In this document: piece by piece, positions 8,361 to 17,012 of the stretch
Layout: each line of letters begins with the position of its first letter
How positions within the stretch are numbered: the stretch's first letter is position 1
Source: Acidobacteriota bacterium
GTDB taxonomy: Bacteria; Acidobacteriota; Aminicenantia; UBA2199
Length of the DNA: 64,000 nt
Assembly (NCBI GenBank): GCA_022711715.1
Contig: JAKLEC010000003.1
Span: 1,256 to 65,255 of the forward strand
Direction: 5' to 3'
Program-made: the position numbers and the translations under genes
The notes under the pieces: model-generated
Database searches by the model: none
Seen by the model: only the letters and a program-made list of their open reading frames with translations
What the model was told of the DNA's origin: nothing

Positions 8361-9257
8361 ATGATAACCGAAAAGAAAGGCGTATCGTTCAACGGCTGGG
8401 CGGTCATCGGTCTGCATATCCTGCTGATCGCGGCCATTGTTTGGATTTTTGCCTCCGGAATGAGCTTCATCACCATGACGTTGCCGAAGATCGTGCTCGT
8501 GATCGTCCTGCTGGCGACCGTGGCGGTCATCCTTCCCCCCGGCTACTTCACCCTGCAGCCCAACGAGGCCAAGGTGCTGGTGCTGTTCGGCAAGTACAAG
8601 GGAACCGTATCCAAAGACGGCTTCCACTGGACCAACCCTCTGGCCCTGGCCCAGCCCCGCGGACGCTACACCGTCTCGCGCCGCATCCGCAACTTCGAGG
8701 TCGAGAAGCTGAAGGTCAACGACAAACGCGGCAACCCCATTGAGATCGCCGCCGTGGTGGTGTGGCGGGTGGTCGACACGGCCCACGCCCTGTTCGACGT
8801 CGACCATTACGAGCACTACGTCAAGATCCAGAGCGACGCCGCCCTGCGCCACCTGGCCAACTGCTACCCCTACGACCACGGCGAGGAGGAGGAGGAGATC
8901 ACGCTGCGCAGCGGCATGGAGGAAGTGGCCCTGGTGCTGAAAAAGGAGCTGCAGGAGCGGCTGCAGAAGGCCGGCGTCCAGGTCGAGGAGACCCGCCTCA
9001 CCCACCTGGCCTACGCCCCGGAGATCGCCAACGCCATGCTGCGCCGGCAGCAGGCCGAGGCCATCATCGCCGCCCGGCGCAAGATCGTCCACGGCGCCGT
9101 CTCCATGGTCGAGATGGCGCTGGAGGACCTGAAAACCAAGAACGTCGTCGACCTCGACGAGGAGCGCAAGGCGGCCATGGTCAGCAACCTGCTCGTCGTC
9201 TTGTGCGGCGAGGCCGAGGCCCAGCCGGTGATCAACGCCGGCACGCTGTACAAATAA
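8361..9257 (+). CDS. SPFH/band-7 (stomatin/prohibitin-like) membrane protein
   Basis: Two N-terminal TM helices, then an SPFH core (...NFEVEKLKVNDKRGNPIEIAAVVVWRVVD...). Confidence 0.9.
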   Translation: MITEKKGVSFNGWAVIGLHILLIAAIVWIFASGMSFITMTLPKIVLVIVLLATVAVILPPGYFTLQPNEAKVLVLFGKYKGTVSKDGFHWTNPLALAQPRGRYTVSRRIRNFEVEKLKVNDKRGNPIEIAAVVVWRVVDTAHALFDVDHYEHYVKIQSDAALRHLANCYPYDHGEEEEEITLRSGMEEVALVLKKELQERLQKAGVQVEETRLTHLAYAPEIANAMLRRQQAEAIIAARRKIVHGAVSMVEMALEDLKTKNVVDLDEERKAAMVSNLLVVLCGEAEAQPVINAGTLYK

Positions 9258-9275
9258 GCGCCGGGGCACGGGGCC

Positions 9276-9509
9276 ATGGCGGCGAAAAAATCGTTCCTGC
9301 TGCGCCTCAGCCAGGAGATGTGGGAGGAGCTCGAACGCTGGGCCGCGGACGACTTCCGCAGCGTCAACGGCCAGATCGAGTCCATCCTGCACGAGGCCAT
9401 CTCCCGGCGGCGGCGGCAGGCTTCGCCGCCGGCCCCATTGACCGGCGTGCCGGCCGCGGCCGAAGGCGACCCGTCGCCCGCGACGCCGGCGGAAGGGGAG
9501 GAGAAATGA
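9276..9509 (+). CDS. Arc/MetJ-type ribbon-helix-helix DNA-binding protein
   Basis: KKSFLLRLSQEMWEELERWAADDFRSVNGQIESILHEAI fits the Arc-like RHH pattern. The tail is disordered and Pro/Ala-rich. Confidence 0.7.
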   Translation: MAAKKSFLLRLSQEMWEELERWAADDFRSVNGQIESILHEAISRRRRQASPPAPLTGVPAAAEGDPSPATPAEGEEK

Positions 9510-9583
9510 AGAAGATCATTTTCATCGTCCTGTTGTTCATCCTGGCCGCGGCCCTGGTATGGGCCGGGCCGGTTATGTCGTAG
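9506..9583 (+). CDS. Candidate 25-aa hydrophobic micropeptide (MKKIIFIVLLFILAAALVWAGPVMS)
   Basis: ATGA start/stop overlap with the RHH gene, GGAGGAG just upstream, and a single predicted TM helix. No homology evidence. Confidence 0.3.
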   Translation: MKKIIFIVLLFILAAALVWAGPVMS

Positions 9584-9611
9584 GCCGAGCGCGGAACCGA
9601 GGAGGAGGATC

Positions 9612-9836
9612 ATGAAAAGCGGAACCTGCCCCCTGTGCGGGGCGAAGGAGATATACAGCGGCGCCGACGTGAGCGGCAAGTCGGGGATGCACTACAGCAA
9701 CACCATCCCGGTGTCGGCGTTCTGCGCCGCCGTGCTGGACAACTACGTGTGCGGCCAGTGCGGATACGTGCAAAGCTTCATCGCCAAGGAGAAACACCTG
9801 GCCACGATCAAGAAGAAGTGGCCGCTGGTTTTTTAG
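9612..9836 (+). CDS. Small zinc-ribbon protein (two CxxC pairs), function unknown
   Basis: CPLCG...CGQCG pairs. RBS GGAGGAGGA lies upstream of the ATG. Confidence 0.55.
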   Translation: MKSGTCPLCGAKEIYSGADVSGKSGMHYSNTIPVSAFCAAVLDNYVCGQCGYVQSFIAKEKHLATIKKKWPLVF

Positions 9837-9871
9837 CAAGGCCTAAGGCTCAGGGTTCAAGGCTTAGGGAA
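9837..9871. repeat. Tandem heptamer tract (CAAGGCC TAAGGCT CAGGGTT CAAGGCT TAGGGAA)
   Basis: Five YARGGYY heptamers begin right after the zinc-ribbon stop codon. A degenerate complementary tract lies around 9900-9937. Confidence 0.6.
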
Positions 9872-9979
9872 GAAAACCGGCAAAAACGCATTTCACCTTG
9901 AAACATGCCTGCGACCGTCAGACCCTGGCCGCGGGGGCATTTATAGCGCCGGATCGCATTCTTTTTGCAGGAATGAATT

Positions 9980-10055
9980 GGGGTGAGTGACGGGACTTGA
10001 ACCCGCAGCGGTCAGATCCACAGTCTGATACTCTACCATTGAGCTACACTCACCG
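9980..10055 (-). tRNA. tRNA-His (anticodon GTG), with encoded G-1 and CCA
   Basis: The hand-folded cloverleaf has acceptor GTGAGTG/CACTCAC, anticodon arm TCAGA-CTGTGGA-TCTGA, T-arm GCGGGTTCAAGTCCCGT, an extra 5' G and discriminator C. Confidence 0.9.
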
Positions 10056-10065
10056 CCCGGCCTCA

Positions 10066-10094
10066 TTCTATAGTATAAGCCCGCTCCTGTCAAC
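10066..10094 (-). promoter_or_regulatory. Sigma70-like promoter for tRNA-His (TTGACA-17-TAGAAT)
   Basis: On the minus strand, TTGACA is at 10094-10089 and TAGAAT at 10071-10066, about 10 nt before the tRNA 5' end. Confidence 0.45.
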
Positions 10095-10192
10095 GCGCGC
10101 CGGGAACGCGGCCGGGCCGTGAATGCGGGCGGGCGCTGGATTTCCACGGCGGAACACGCTATAATCGGAATCCCAAAGCGAGGAACCGCACC

Positions 10193-11305
10193 ATGACAAA
10201 AGCCAAGGTCGCCATACTGAGAACCAGGCCTGAAACGGCGCTCGACGACTACATCCGCCTGTTCGAGCTGGGCGGCGGCCCCGGCGCCATGAAAAAGGGG
10301 GCCACCACCATCATCAAGGACAACATTTCCTGGCATTACCCCTTCCCCTCGGCCAATACCACCCCCTGGCAGCTGGAAGGCACGGTCCTGGCCCTGAAGA
10401 AGCACGGCTTCGCCGACATCGCCTGCGTGCAGAACAAGACCGAAGTGACCAACGCCTTCAAGGGCGAGGACCTGAACAACTACAAGCCCATCTTCCGCGA
10501 CCATAACCTCAAGGTCCTGTTCAACTTCCGCGAGGAAGACATGAAATGGGTGGCCTACAAGCCCCAGGCGAGGATGCTGGCCCTGGACAAGATCTACGGC
10601 GACGAGCTGCGCATCCCCGACTACTTCATCGGCAAGAACATGGTCCACCTGCCGACGGTCAAGTGCCACATCTACACCACCACCACCGGCGCCATGAAGA
10701 ACGCCTTCGGCGGCCTGCTCAACCATAAGCGCCACCAGACCCACACCCACATCCACGAGACGCTGGTCGACCTGCTGGCCATCCAGCGCGAGATCCATCC
10801 CGGCCTGTTCTGCATGATGGACGGCACCACCGCCGGCAACGGCCCGGGGCCGCGGGTGATGCACCCGGTGGAGAAGAACGTCATCCTGGCCTCGGCCGAC
10901 CAGGTCGCCGTCGACGCCGTGGCGGCCAGGCTGATGGGCTTCGATCCCATGGCCATCCGCTACATCCGCCTGGCCCACGAGACCGGCCTGGGCACGGGGC
11001 GCCCCGAGGAGATCGAGATCGTGGGCGACGTCGAGGCAGCCAGGGAGAGCTGGAACTTCCAGGTGGGGTTCTGCTTCCACAAGGCCGTGGGCTGGGTGAC
11101 CTGGTTCGGCCCCACCCGCTTCCTGCAGAAGGCCATGACCCGGCCGCCCATCCTCTACCTCGGCAACTTCTACTCCTATTTCTACCACGACGTTCTGCAC
11201 TGGCCCTTCAAGGAGAGCAAGATCTATCGCACCTGGCTGAAAAAATCCCCCTGGGGCAAGTTGTTCCAGCAGTATCTGGACAAGGGCTCACTCAGGTCGA
11301 AATAG
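10193..11305 (+). CDS. DUF362-family protein
   Basis: 370 aa. HLPTVKCHIYTTTTGAMKNAFGGLL and ASADQVAVDAVAARLMGFDP are typical of DUF362. Confidence 0.7.
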   Translation: MTKAKVAILRTRPETALDDYIRLFELGGGPGAMKKGATTIIKDNISWHYPFPSANTTPWQLEGTVLALKKHGFADIACVQNKTEVTNAFKGEDLNNYKPIFRDHNLKVLFNFREEDMKWVAYKPQARMLALDKIYGDELRIPDYFIGKNMVHLPTVKCHIYTTTTGAMKNAFGGLLNHKRHQTHTHIHETLVDLLAIQREIHPGLFCMMDGTTAGNGPGPRVMHPVEKNVILASADQVAVDAVAARLMGFDPMAIRYIRLAHETGLGTGRPEEIEIVGDVEAARESWNFQVGFCFHKAVGWVTWFGPTRFLQKAMTRPPILYLGNFYSYFYHDVLHWPFKESKIYRTWLKKSPWGKLFQQYLDKGSLRSK

Positions 11306-11365
11306 CAACGGAACCCGGCATACGGCGTACGACAGGTTTTTATTGGATGGGTTTTTCGCCGTGGC

Positions 11366-13213
11366 CTACCGCTCCCCTGCCTGCTCCAGCCGGCGCACGG
11401 AGGCGATCAGCGGATCGGCCTGCCGGCGGAAGGAGCGCCATTCTTCATAGGTGAGGAGCCGACGGATTGGAAGCAGGAACCGCTCTCCATTCAAATCCAG
11501 CATTTGCGCCGAAAGCCATAACAGCTTGAACTGCTCCACTTGCCGCGGCGGGTCGAACGCCTGCCGGTCCCTCTCCCCCGGCGAGAAAGTCCCATAGAAA
11601 CGGCGCAATTCCCGTCGCGTTTCAGCCCCCAGCCGGCCCCGGGGGATGCAGATCGTCAGATTGGGGTCGAAATAAACAGGGAGCAGATGGGCAAGGAAGC
11701 GCCCGGGCGCCGCCAGGAAACGGGGGGTATAGTGGGTCATGGCGACCACATCGATTCGGTAGCGGTCCATGAAGCGCCTCACGGCCGCGTTATCGCCGCT
11801 TTCCAAGGCGATGAAAAAGGCGCGCAGGTCGGCGCTGCGGGCATTGATCAGCGCGGCATGGCCGTACCAGTAGGGGGTCATTCCCCGGGCCAGCCAGGTG
11901 ACGGCGCTGCACAGTCCCAGGTGGTTGCTCGCCAGGTTGCCGCGGCAGCCGAGCGCATTCAGGATCTCGACCTCACGGACCTGCTCAGCCGGCAGGACGG
12001 AAGCGATCCCGATGCCGGCGGGCAGGAACTCTTCCGCCAATTCCAGGCGCCAGGCGCGATTGATCCGGCCCACCAGGCGCGGGGAGAGCAGGAACAAGCG
12101 CTCCAGCATCAGGAAAATGCAGAGTCCGGCCAGCAGCGCCTGCCCCCACAACCGGCGGCGTGGGCGCCCGGGGCGCAGCCGGGGGTCGGGAGCCAGGGCC
12201 GAGGCGACCATGAGAAAGATCGGCAGGAACGGCAGGGCGCGCTGGTAGAACAGCGCCGGCCCCCCTACCAGCAGCAGCACCCCGAAGAACCACAGCCGGC
12301 CGGAACGGGCAGCCTGGCGCCGCCAGGGGCGGGCGGCCAGCAACGCCGCGGAGATCAAAAAAAAGAGATGGGTGTTCACGCTGACCAGGGCTGCGCTCGT
12401 CGAACGCATCGAACCGGCGGCATATTCGACACGGATCATGTTCACCGGCAAGCTGAGCAAGGCCCGCCACCCCAGCGGATTCACCAGCCAGCCAAGACCG
12501 ATGACGCCCAAATAGAGCGGCCGGCTCGGGACATTCATCGCCCGGCCTCCAGGCCGGGGCAGGAGGGTCCTGGCGTCATCCGCGATGAACAGGGCCGAAA
12601 ACAGCCCGAGACCGAGGCCATAATAGAAAAACAGGGGGTGGCTGTTCACCCAGAGGATTTCCACGGCGACCAGGGCGGCAAGCGTTCCCCCATGAGTTGA
12701 TGGCCGGCGGGCCGGCGCCAAGAGGACCAGCCAGAGAACCAGGAAGGCATAGTTGAACAGGTCGGGACGCAGGACAACCATCCCGGCCATGGCCAGCACC
12801 AGAGCGGCCGCGGCGCTCAGCAACCACATGGGGTCCCTTCGCCGGCGGAAGATCACCGACGTCAGCATAGCTAAAAAAGCCATGAACACGGCGATGCGCA
12901 GCATGTTCAAGCCCAGGAACGATCCGCTCCTGAACGCGAGCCGGAACAACGTGCCGGGGAAAAGGTTCGGATAGATCGCCAGAATGGGTTCCCCCGTCGA
13001 GATGGCGATGGGATCGCTGGTCAAGGCCCGCCCATGCTGCCAGAAATATTCGGCGCCGCGCATGTGCCACCAGCAATCCATGCTGTTGAAGGGAGTGAGG
13101 GAAAAATACAGCGCGGAAAATAGGAAGCAAATGGCCAGGACGACGGCGAGGCGTCGATCACCAGCAGGGCCGGCGGAGCAGCCGAGCGCCTGCGCTTTTT
13201 CCGGCTTGGTCAT
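11366..13213 (-). CDS. Large polytopic membrane protein with a C-terminal soluble domain (possible GT-C-like glycosyltransferase)
   Basis: 615 aa with more than 10 hydrophobic segments. No specific family recognised. Confidence 0.5.
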   Translation of the reverse strand: MTKPEKAQALGCSAGPAGDRRLAVVLAICFLFSALYFSLTPFNSMDCWWHMRGAEYFWQHGRALTSDPIAISTGEPILAIYPNLFPGTLFRLAFRSGSFLGLNMLRIAVFMAFLAMLTSVIFRRRRDPMWLLSAAAALVLAMAGMVVLRPDLFNYAFLVLWLVLLAPARRPSTHGGTLAALVAVEILWVNSHPLFFYYGLGLGLFSALFIADDARTLLPRPGGRAMNVPSRPLYLGVIGLGWLVNPLGWRALLSLPVNMIRVEYAAGSMRSTSAALVSVNTHLFFLISAALLAARPWRRQAARSGRLWFFGVLLLVGGPALFYQRALPFLPIFLMVASALAPDPRLRPGRPRRRLWGQALLAGLCIFLMLERLFLLSPRLVGRINRAWRLELAEEFLPAGIGIASVLPAEQVREVEILNALGCRGNLASNHLGLCSAVTWLARGMTPYWYGHAALINARSADLRAFFIALESGDNAAVRRFMDRYRIDVVAMTHYTPRFLAAPGRFLAHLLPVYFDPNLTICIPRGRLGAETRRELRRFYGTFSPGERDRQAFDPPRQVEQFKLLWLSAQMLDLNGERFLLPIRRLLTYEEWRSFRRQADPLIASVRRLEQAGER

Positions 13214-13473
13214 GCCGTGCCATTATAAAGGCCGGCCCGGCGCGTGTCAAAGCCCAAACGAAGCGGGAAACATGCGGCTCGGCCTCCGCAGTTCGATGTT
13301 CAAGCTCCGATCAGGCGCCGGGCGCGAGTGGCAAGACCGAATGTTCGGGAGAACGACCGGGAATTGAAGCGATCCCCGGAGCCCTCCGCGGGATTTTTTG
13401 GACAAGGCCGGCCGCGGTCTGCCTGCGCGATCCGGCCCGGCGCCGCACGACTTCCGCCATGAAAGGGCGCGCG

Positions 13474-14337
13474 CTATTGGGTCACGAAGCTCACGACATA
13501 CTCAAAATTGGCCGGCGTATCCGGCAATTTCGGATCATGCCCCCCCCATTCACCCTTCAGCCCGAGCTCGGTTGCGCTGAACTGGAAATGGCACATGGCG
13601 ATGCCCATGTCGATGCGCTGGAGATCGGCCAGCGGCATCATGGCCGAATAGGCCTTGTCGCGGCTGAGGAAGAAATGAAAGGCGTCCCCCAGGCGAACCA
13701 GGCGCCAGGGCTGCTTGTTGGAGGCCGAGGGGGCGAAACGCACGGACTCCAGGATCTGGGCCCATTGCCCCGCGTCTTCCAAGGCCATGGGCGAGCCCCA
13801 TCCCCCCGCAAAGAACAGGTCGGCGGCAGGCTTGCGCCGGTCGCCTTTGGCGCTCCAACGCACCAGGCGATCGCGCAGGGAACGTCTTTCGGCCGGCCAG
13901 CCGAGGACGATCACGGCCGGCAGCTGCTCGCCGGCGTCCATTCCCAGGGTGCGGCCGAAACGCCGGCGGTCGAAGACGCCGCCGATCCAGCAGCTGCCCA
14001 GGCCCAGGTCAGTGGCCCGGAGAACCGCCGCCTCCATGGCAAAGCCGGCGTCTTCCCAGCGGCGCGGCTCGGAGCGGCGCACCAGCACCGCCAGGTAGAA
14101 GCGCGCCCCCTTGATCATCCCGTAGCTGCCGGCGGAGAAGAGGTTCCCGGCGCGCACTATCTCGTTGTCGATCACGCCGAAGCGCGGACCGGAACCGAAG
14201 GGCACGGCCACGCCGGCGGCAAATGCCTCGAGCCCGGCCAGCAGCCGCGGCTCGGGGGCGACGGCGGCAAAGCTGCGGCAGGAGCGTCGCGCGCGGACCA
14301 ATTCGACGACCGGGCTGGCGAAGGGGTTCCCGTCCAT
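13474..14337 (-). CDS. Nitroreductase-family protein
   Basis: RRSCRSF motif and LGLGSCWIGG. Start set at MDGNPF (14337); the track ORF extends to 14412. Confidence 0.7.
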   Translation of the reverse strand: MDGNPFASPVVELVRARRSCRSFAAVAPEPRLLAGLEAFAAGVAVPFGSGPRFGVIDNEIVRAGNLFSAGSYGMIKGARFYLAVLVRRSEPRRWEDAGFAMEAAVLRATDLGLGSCWIGGVFDRRRFGRTLGMDAGEQLPAVIVLGWPAERRSLRDRLVRWSAKGDRRKPAADLFFAGGWGSPMALEDAGQWAQILESVRFAPSASNKQPWRLVRLGDAFHFFLSRDKAYSAMMPLADLQRIDMGIAMCHFQFSATELGLKGEWGGHDPKLPDTPANFEYVVSFVTQ

Positions 14338-14569
14338 GACCCGATTATAGCACAACCCCAGGGCATGGCCCGCCGGGGCCACAAGGGTCACGATCGCCCA
14401 TCCCGGAGGCACCCATGGCGGAAAGGGCAGGCCGTCGGCTTGGCATGCGACGTTTCAGGAGTCCCGGTTCCGCGGGTCCCGTGGCCGCGAATCCCACCCG
14501 CCCCATCGATCATTAAATCCATGGCCTGGCCACCGTATGGAAGGCCGCTGCCACGACAAGGTGATTGGC

Positions 14570-16108
14570 TCAGGATCCGCCGGGAGCAGCATCCCCGCCA
14601 GTCAACCGGGCGGACGGTTGCGTCTTGCCCTGCAGCCTGACCATGGGGCCCGCGTTCGTGGCGCTATAGACCCGCCCGAGTTCCCGCACATGGTAATACG
14701 GCTCATAACGGTCGGATAAATAGAGGGGGCGGCAATGGATATACTTCTCGATGATCTCGGTCATGTCCCGGACCGGGTCTGGCGACGCGTGGACGATGGA
14801 ATCGATGAATTGGGGTATGGTGATGTCGGGACGCCCGCCATATATCTTCTGGCCATAGATCAAGGCCATGCCGGGGTTGAAATCCGTGATAATGACGGCA
14901 TTCTTCTCCGCCCTGGCGAAGGCATCCTGGACATATTTCCGGGCGCTGTATTCCCATCTTTTGTCCGGCCTGAAGAAATATTCAACCGAATCCCGGTAGG
15001 GCAGCTGGCGAATATGGATCAGTTTCAAGCCAGAATGCTTGTAGATCGAAGGAAAGGCGTAATAGGTGAAAAAGGGGACCGTAACCATGGACAAATACAA
15101 AAGATTCTTGAAGAATTTCTTGGGCTGGATTTTTTCTTCCAGCAGGGAGCGGTCCAATCCGAACATGACCCATATGCCGAAAACCAGATAAGAAGGGATA
15201 AGCAGGGCGAACTGCCTTTGCAGGAAATAGGTGAACGCGAAGAAGCTGTTGAGCAGGAAAAAGAAAAAAAGCGAGAGACTGAGGATCCGATCCCTCCGCA
15301 TGAGTTTTCCCAGCCCCAGCAGTCCGGCCAGAATGGCAAAAGACGGGAATTGGTAGATCAAATAGAAGGGGAATTTCGCCATTTCCCTGATGGTTTTCTT
15401 GACCTCAAAGAAAGTAGCAAAAACGCCGGATGTCTCTGAAAAGACAGCCCGGCTGAAATCGCTGAACCCCATGCTGAGGAGCGGGATCAGGAACATCGGG
15501 GAGATGCCGATCAGAAAACAAAGAGGGGCGAGCAATGCCATTCTCAACCGGAAACGAGTGCCCAGAAAACATAGCATTGCCGTCGTCGGCAGAAGCAAGA
15601 AGGACGCCGTGTGGTTGTACAAGGCCAGCCCGGAAAAAAAGAAGGCCGAACAAAAGCAGGCCAACCGCTTCGTGTTTCGGAATTTCACGGCTGAAAGCAG
15701 GATCAGGACGGTGAAAAATGCATTCAGCGAATACGTTTCGTTGATGAGCGAATAGAGCCAGAACGAATGGGTGATGGCAAGCAGCAGGCAACCCAGCAAG
15801 CTTGCTTTGGGCGGGAGGCCCAGTTCTCTCAGCAGGTGAAACAATGCCAGGAGGGCGGCGGCGGCAAAAAAGGCCGACATCAGGTTCTGGGTATAGGCCA
15901 GTTCAAAGGGAAGCTTCGCGAACAGGATGCCCAACAAGGTATGGAGCGGATGATAGCCGTGGCCATAGCCGGCAAAATCGCGCTCCTGGACAAAAATGGC
16001 CAATTTGGCGCTGTCGGACCAGAGCATCGTGGGGGCCAGGGTGCCGAGATACAGGCCGAATGGGACAAAAAACGAAAGGATTGAGTACAACGGCTTTGCG
16101 GATTTCAT
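14570..16108 (-). CDS. DUF2723/TMEM260-like polytopic membrane protein (putative GT-C glycosyltransferase)
   Basis: MKSAKPLYSILSFFVPFGLYLGTLAPTMLWSDSAKLAIF... followed by many TM segments. Start at 16108. The track ORF to 16516 runs through the tRNA-Arg gene on the opposite strand. Confidence 0.55.
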   Translation of the reverse strand: MKSAKPLYSILSFFVPFGLYLGTLAPTMLWSDSAKLAIFVQERDFAGYGHGYHPLHTLLGILFAKLPFELAYTQNLMSAFFAAAALLALFHLLRELGLPPKASLLGCLLLAITHSFWLYSLINETYSLNAFFTVLILLSAVKFRNTKRLACFCSAFFFSGLALYNHTASFLLLPTTAMLCFLGTRFRLRMALLAPLCFLIGISPMFLIPLLSMGFSDFSRAVFSETSGVFATFFEVKKTIREMAKFPFYLIYQFPSFAILAGLLGLGKLMRRDRILSLSLFFFFLLNSFFAFTYFLQRQFALLIPSYLVFGIWVMFGLDRSLLEEKIQPKKFFKNLLYLSMVTVPFFTYYAFPSIYKHSGLKLIHIRQLPYRDSVEYFFRPDKRWEYSARKYVQDAFARAEKNAVIITDFNPGMALIYGQKIYGGRPDITIPQFIDSIVHASPDPVRDMTEIIEKYIHCRPLYLSDRYEPYYHVRELGRVYSATNAGPMVRLQGKTQPSARLTGGDAAPGGS

Positions 16109-16228
16109 CGCGGAAATGATAAGGGAAAGCGCATTCGTTTTCAATGACGGCGCGGTGGGGGCGCTTTGTTCTTTCCTGTGGAACGGGGCGCGGCGATCGG
16201 AAACGGCCGGATACAGAGCGGCCCCGCC

Positions 16229-16257
16229 TTGCCGGCGGAGTCGATAAACGCTATAAT
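16229..16257 (+). promoter_or_regulatory. Sigma70-like promoter for tRNA-Arg (TTGCCG-17-TATAAT)
   Basis: TTGCCG at 16229-16234 and TATAAT at 16252-16257, 13 nt before the tRNA 5' end. Confidence 0.5.
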
Positions 16258-16270
16258 ATCGGCCGCCTAT

Positions 16271-16343
16271 GCGCCCGTAGCTCAAAGGATAGAGCGGCAG
16301 CCTTCGAAGCTGTGCGTTGGGAGTTCGAGTCTCTCCGGGCGTA
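16271..16343 (+). tRNA. tRNA-Arg (anticodon TCG)
   Basis: Acceptor GCGCCCG/CGGGCGT, D-arm GCTC-AAAGGATA-GAGC, anticodon arm GCAGC-CTTCGAA-GCTGT, T-arm GGGAG-TTCGAGT-CTCTC. CCA is not encoded. Confidence 0.9.
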
Positions 16344-16402
16344 GGCCGCCCATGCGCTTTTTCGTTTCCCTGAGATAACCGCGCCGTGAATCCTATTTCC
16401 AT

Positions 16403-16759
16403 ATGATGATGCGCCGCCTCGCCGTGCTCGCCCTGCTGGCCCTGCCGCTCCTGGCCGGAAGCGCGCCGCATCCATTCCTGCGCATCGAGCAGCCCAACGG
16501 CGGCGAGACCCTGCACGCCGGCTCCGAGGCGCAGGTCCGCTGGCTATCCGTGGGCGTCGAGGGACCCGTGGCCATCCTGCTCTTCAAGGGCGGCGAGCAG
16601 CACGCCGTCATCGCCGCCGAGGCGCCCAATATCGGCTTCTACCGCTGGCAGGTGCCGGCCATACTCCCCGCCGGCGGCCAGTACCGGCTGCGCATCTGCT
16701 CGCTGCGCGACCTGCGCGTCAACGATTTCTCAGACAGCGACTTCGCCATTAAGAAATAA
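16403..16759 (+). CDS. Small secreted Ig-like protein (Kre9/KNH-like N-terminal domain type)
   Basis: Signal peptide MMMRRLAVLALLALPLLAGS, then ...GETLHAGSEAQVRW...GFYRWQVPAILPAGGQYRLRI... Confidence 0.55.
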   Translation: MMMRRLAVLALLALPLLAGSAPHPFLRIEQPNGGETLHAGSEAQVRWLSVGVEGPVAILLFKGGEQHAVIAAEAPNIGFYRWQVPAILPAGGQYRLRICSLRDLRVNDFSDSDFAIKK

Positions 16760-16781
16760 TACCGTCTACCGGTTCGATTAA

Positions 16782-16975
16782 AACGAGCATTCGTGACGCG
16801 TGACGCGTGACACGTGACAAGTAGCCGCAATCATGGATCTTCTGGATCTGGCATTGCGGATTTCATTTGCATATGGAAATGATCAATTCTGGTTCTTGCC
16901 TGGCACAGAAAAGGCCTCTCTCGTGCAGTTACTCGTTACGCGTCACGCGTAACGCGTCACGATAGGTCGTTTCGA
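16782..16975. repeat. Inverted heptamer-array hairpin element, copy 4 (GTRACGC class, degenerate)
   Basis: Left arm 16793-16822 is GTGACGC GTGACGC GTGACAC GTGACAA GT. Right arm 16935-16965 is GTTACGC GTCACGC GTAACGC GTCACGATAG. The outer flanks AACGAGCAT... and ...GATAGGTCGTT are shared with the other copies. Confidence 0.8.
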
Positions 16976-17012
16976 CCACTCATGCTATAATCGCTCCGGA
17001 TCGCGGCCACAT

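Noticed and set aside
9837-9979. Genomic-island attachment site at the 3' end of tRNA-His
   Set aside because: The only similarity to the tRNA is a 9-nt GGGTTCAAG in inverted orientation. There is no integrase and no direct repeat of the tRNA 3' end.
13371-13399. Plus-strand hairpin plus T6 (ATCCCCGGAG..CTCCGCGGGAT TTTTTT) between two minus-strand genes, possibly an orphan terminator of an sRNA
   Set aside because: The stem needs a bulge and leaves almost no loop. No upstream plus-strand promoter was found. The evidence is too weak to call.
16109-16516. N-terminal extension of the DUF2723-like ORF
   Set aside because: The extension runs antisense through the tRNA-Arg gene (16271-16343) and its promoter. 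The hydrophobic protein begins naturally at MKSAKPLY (16108).
16966-17012. SOS/LexA box upstream of the uvrA-like gene (also checked upstream of recN, 47044-47148)
   Set aside because: Only short unrelated palindromes were found (GTCG-TTT-CGAC). No motif is shared between the two upstream regions and none matches the LexA consensus types I know.
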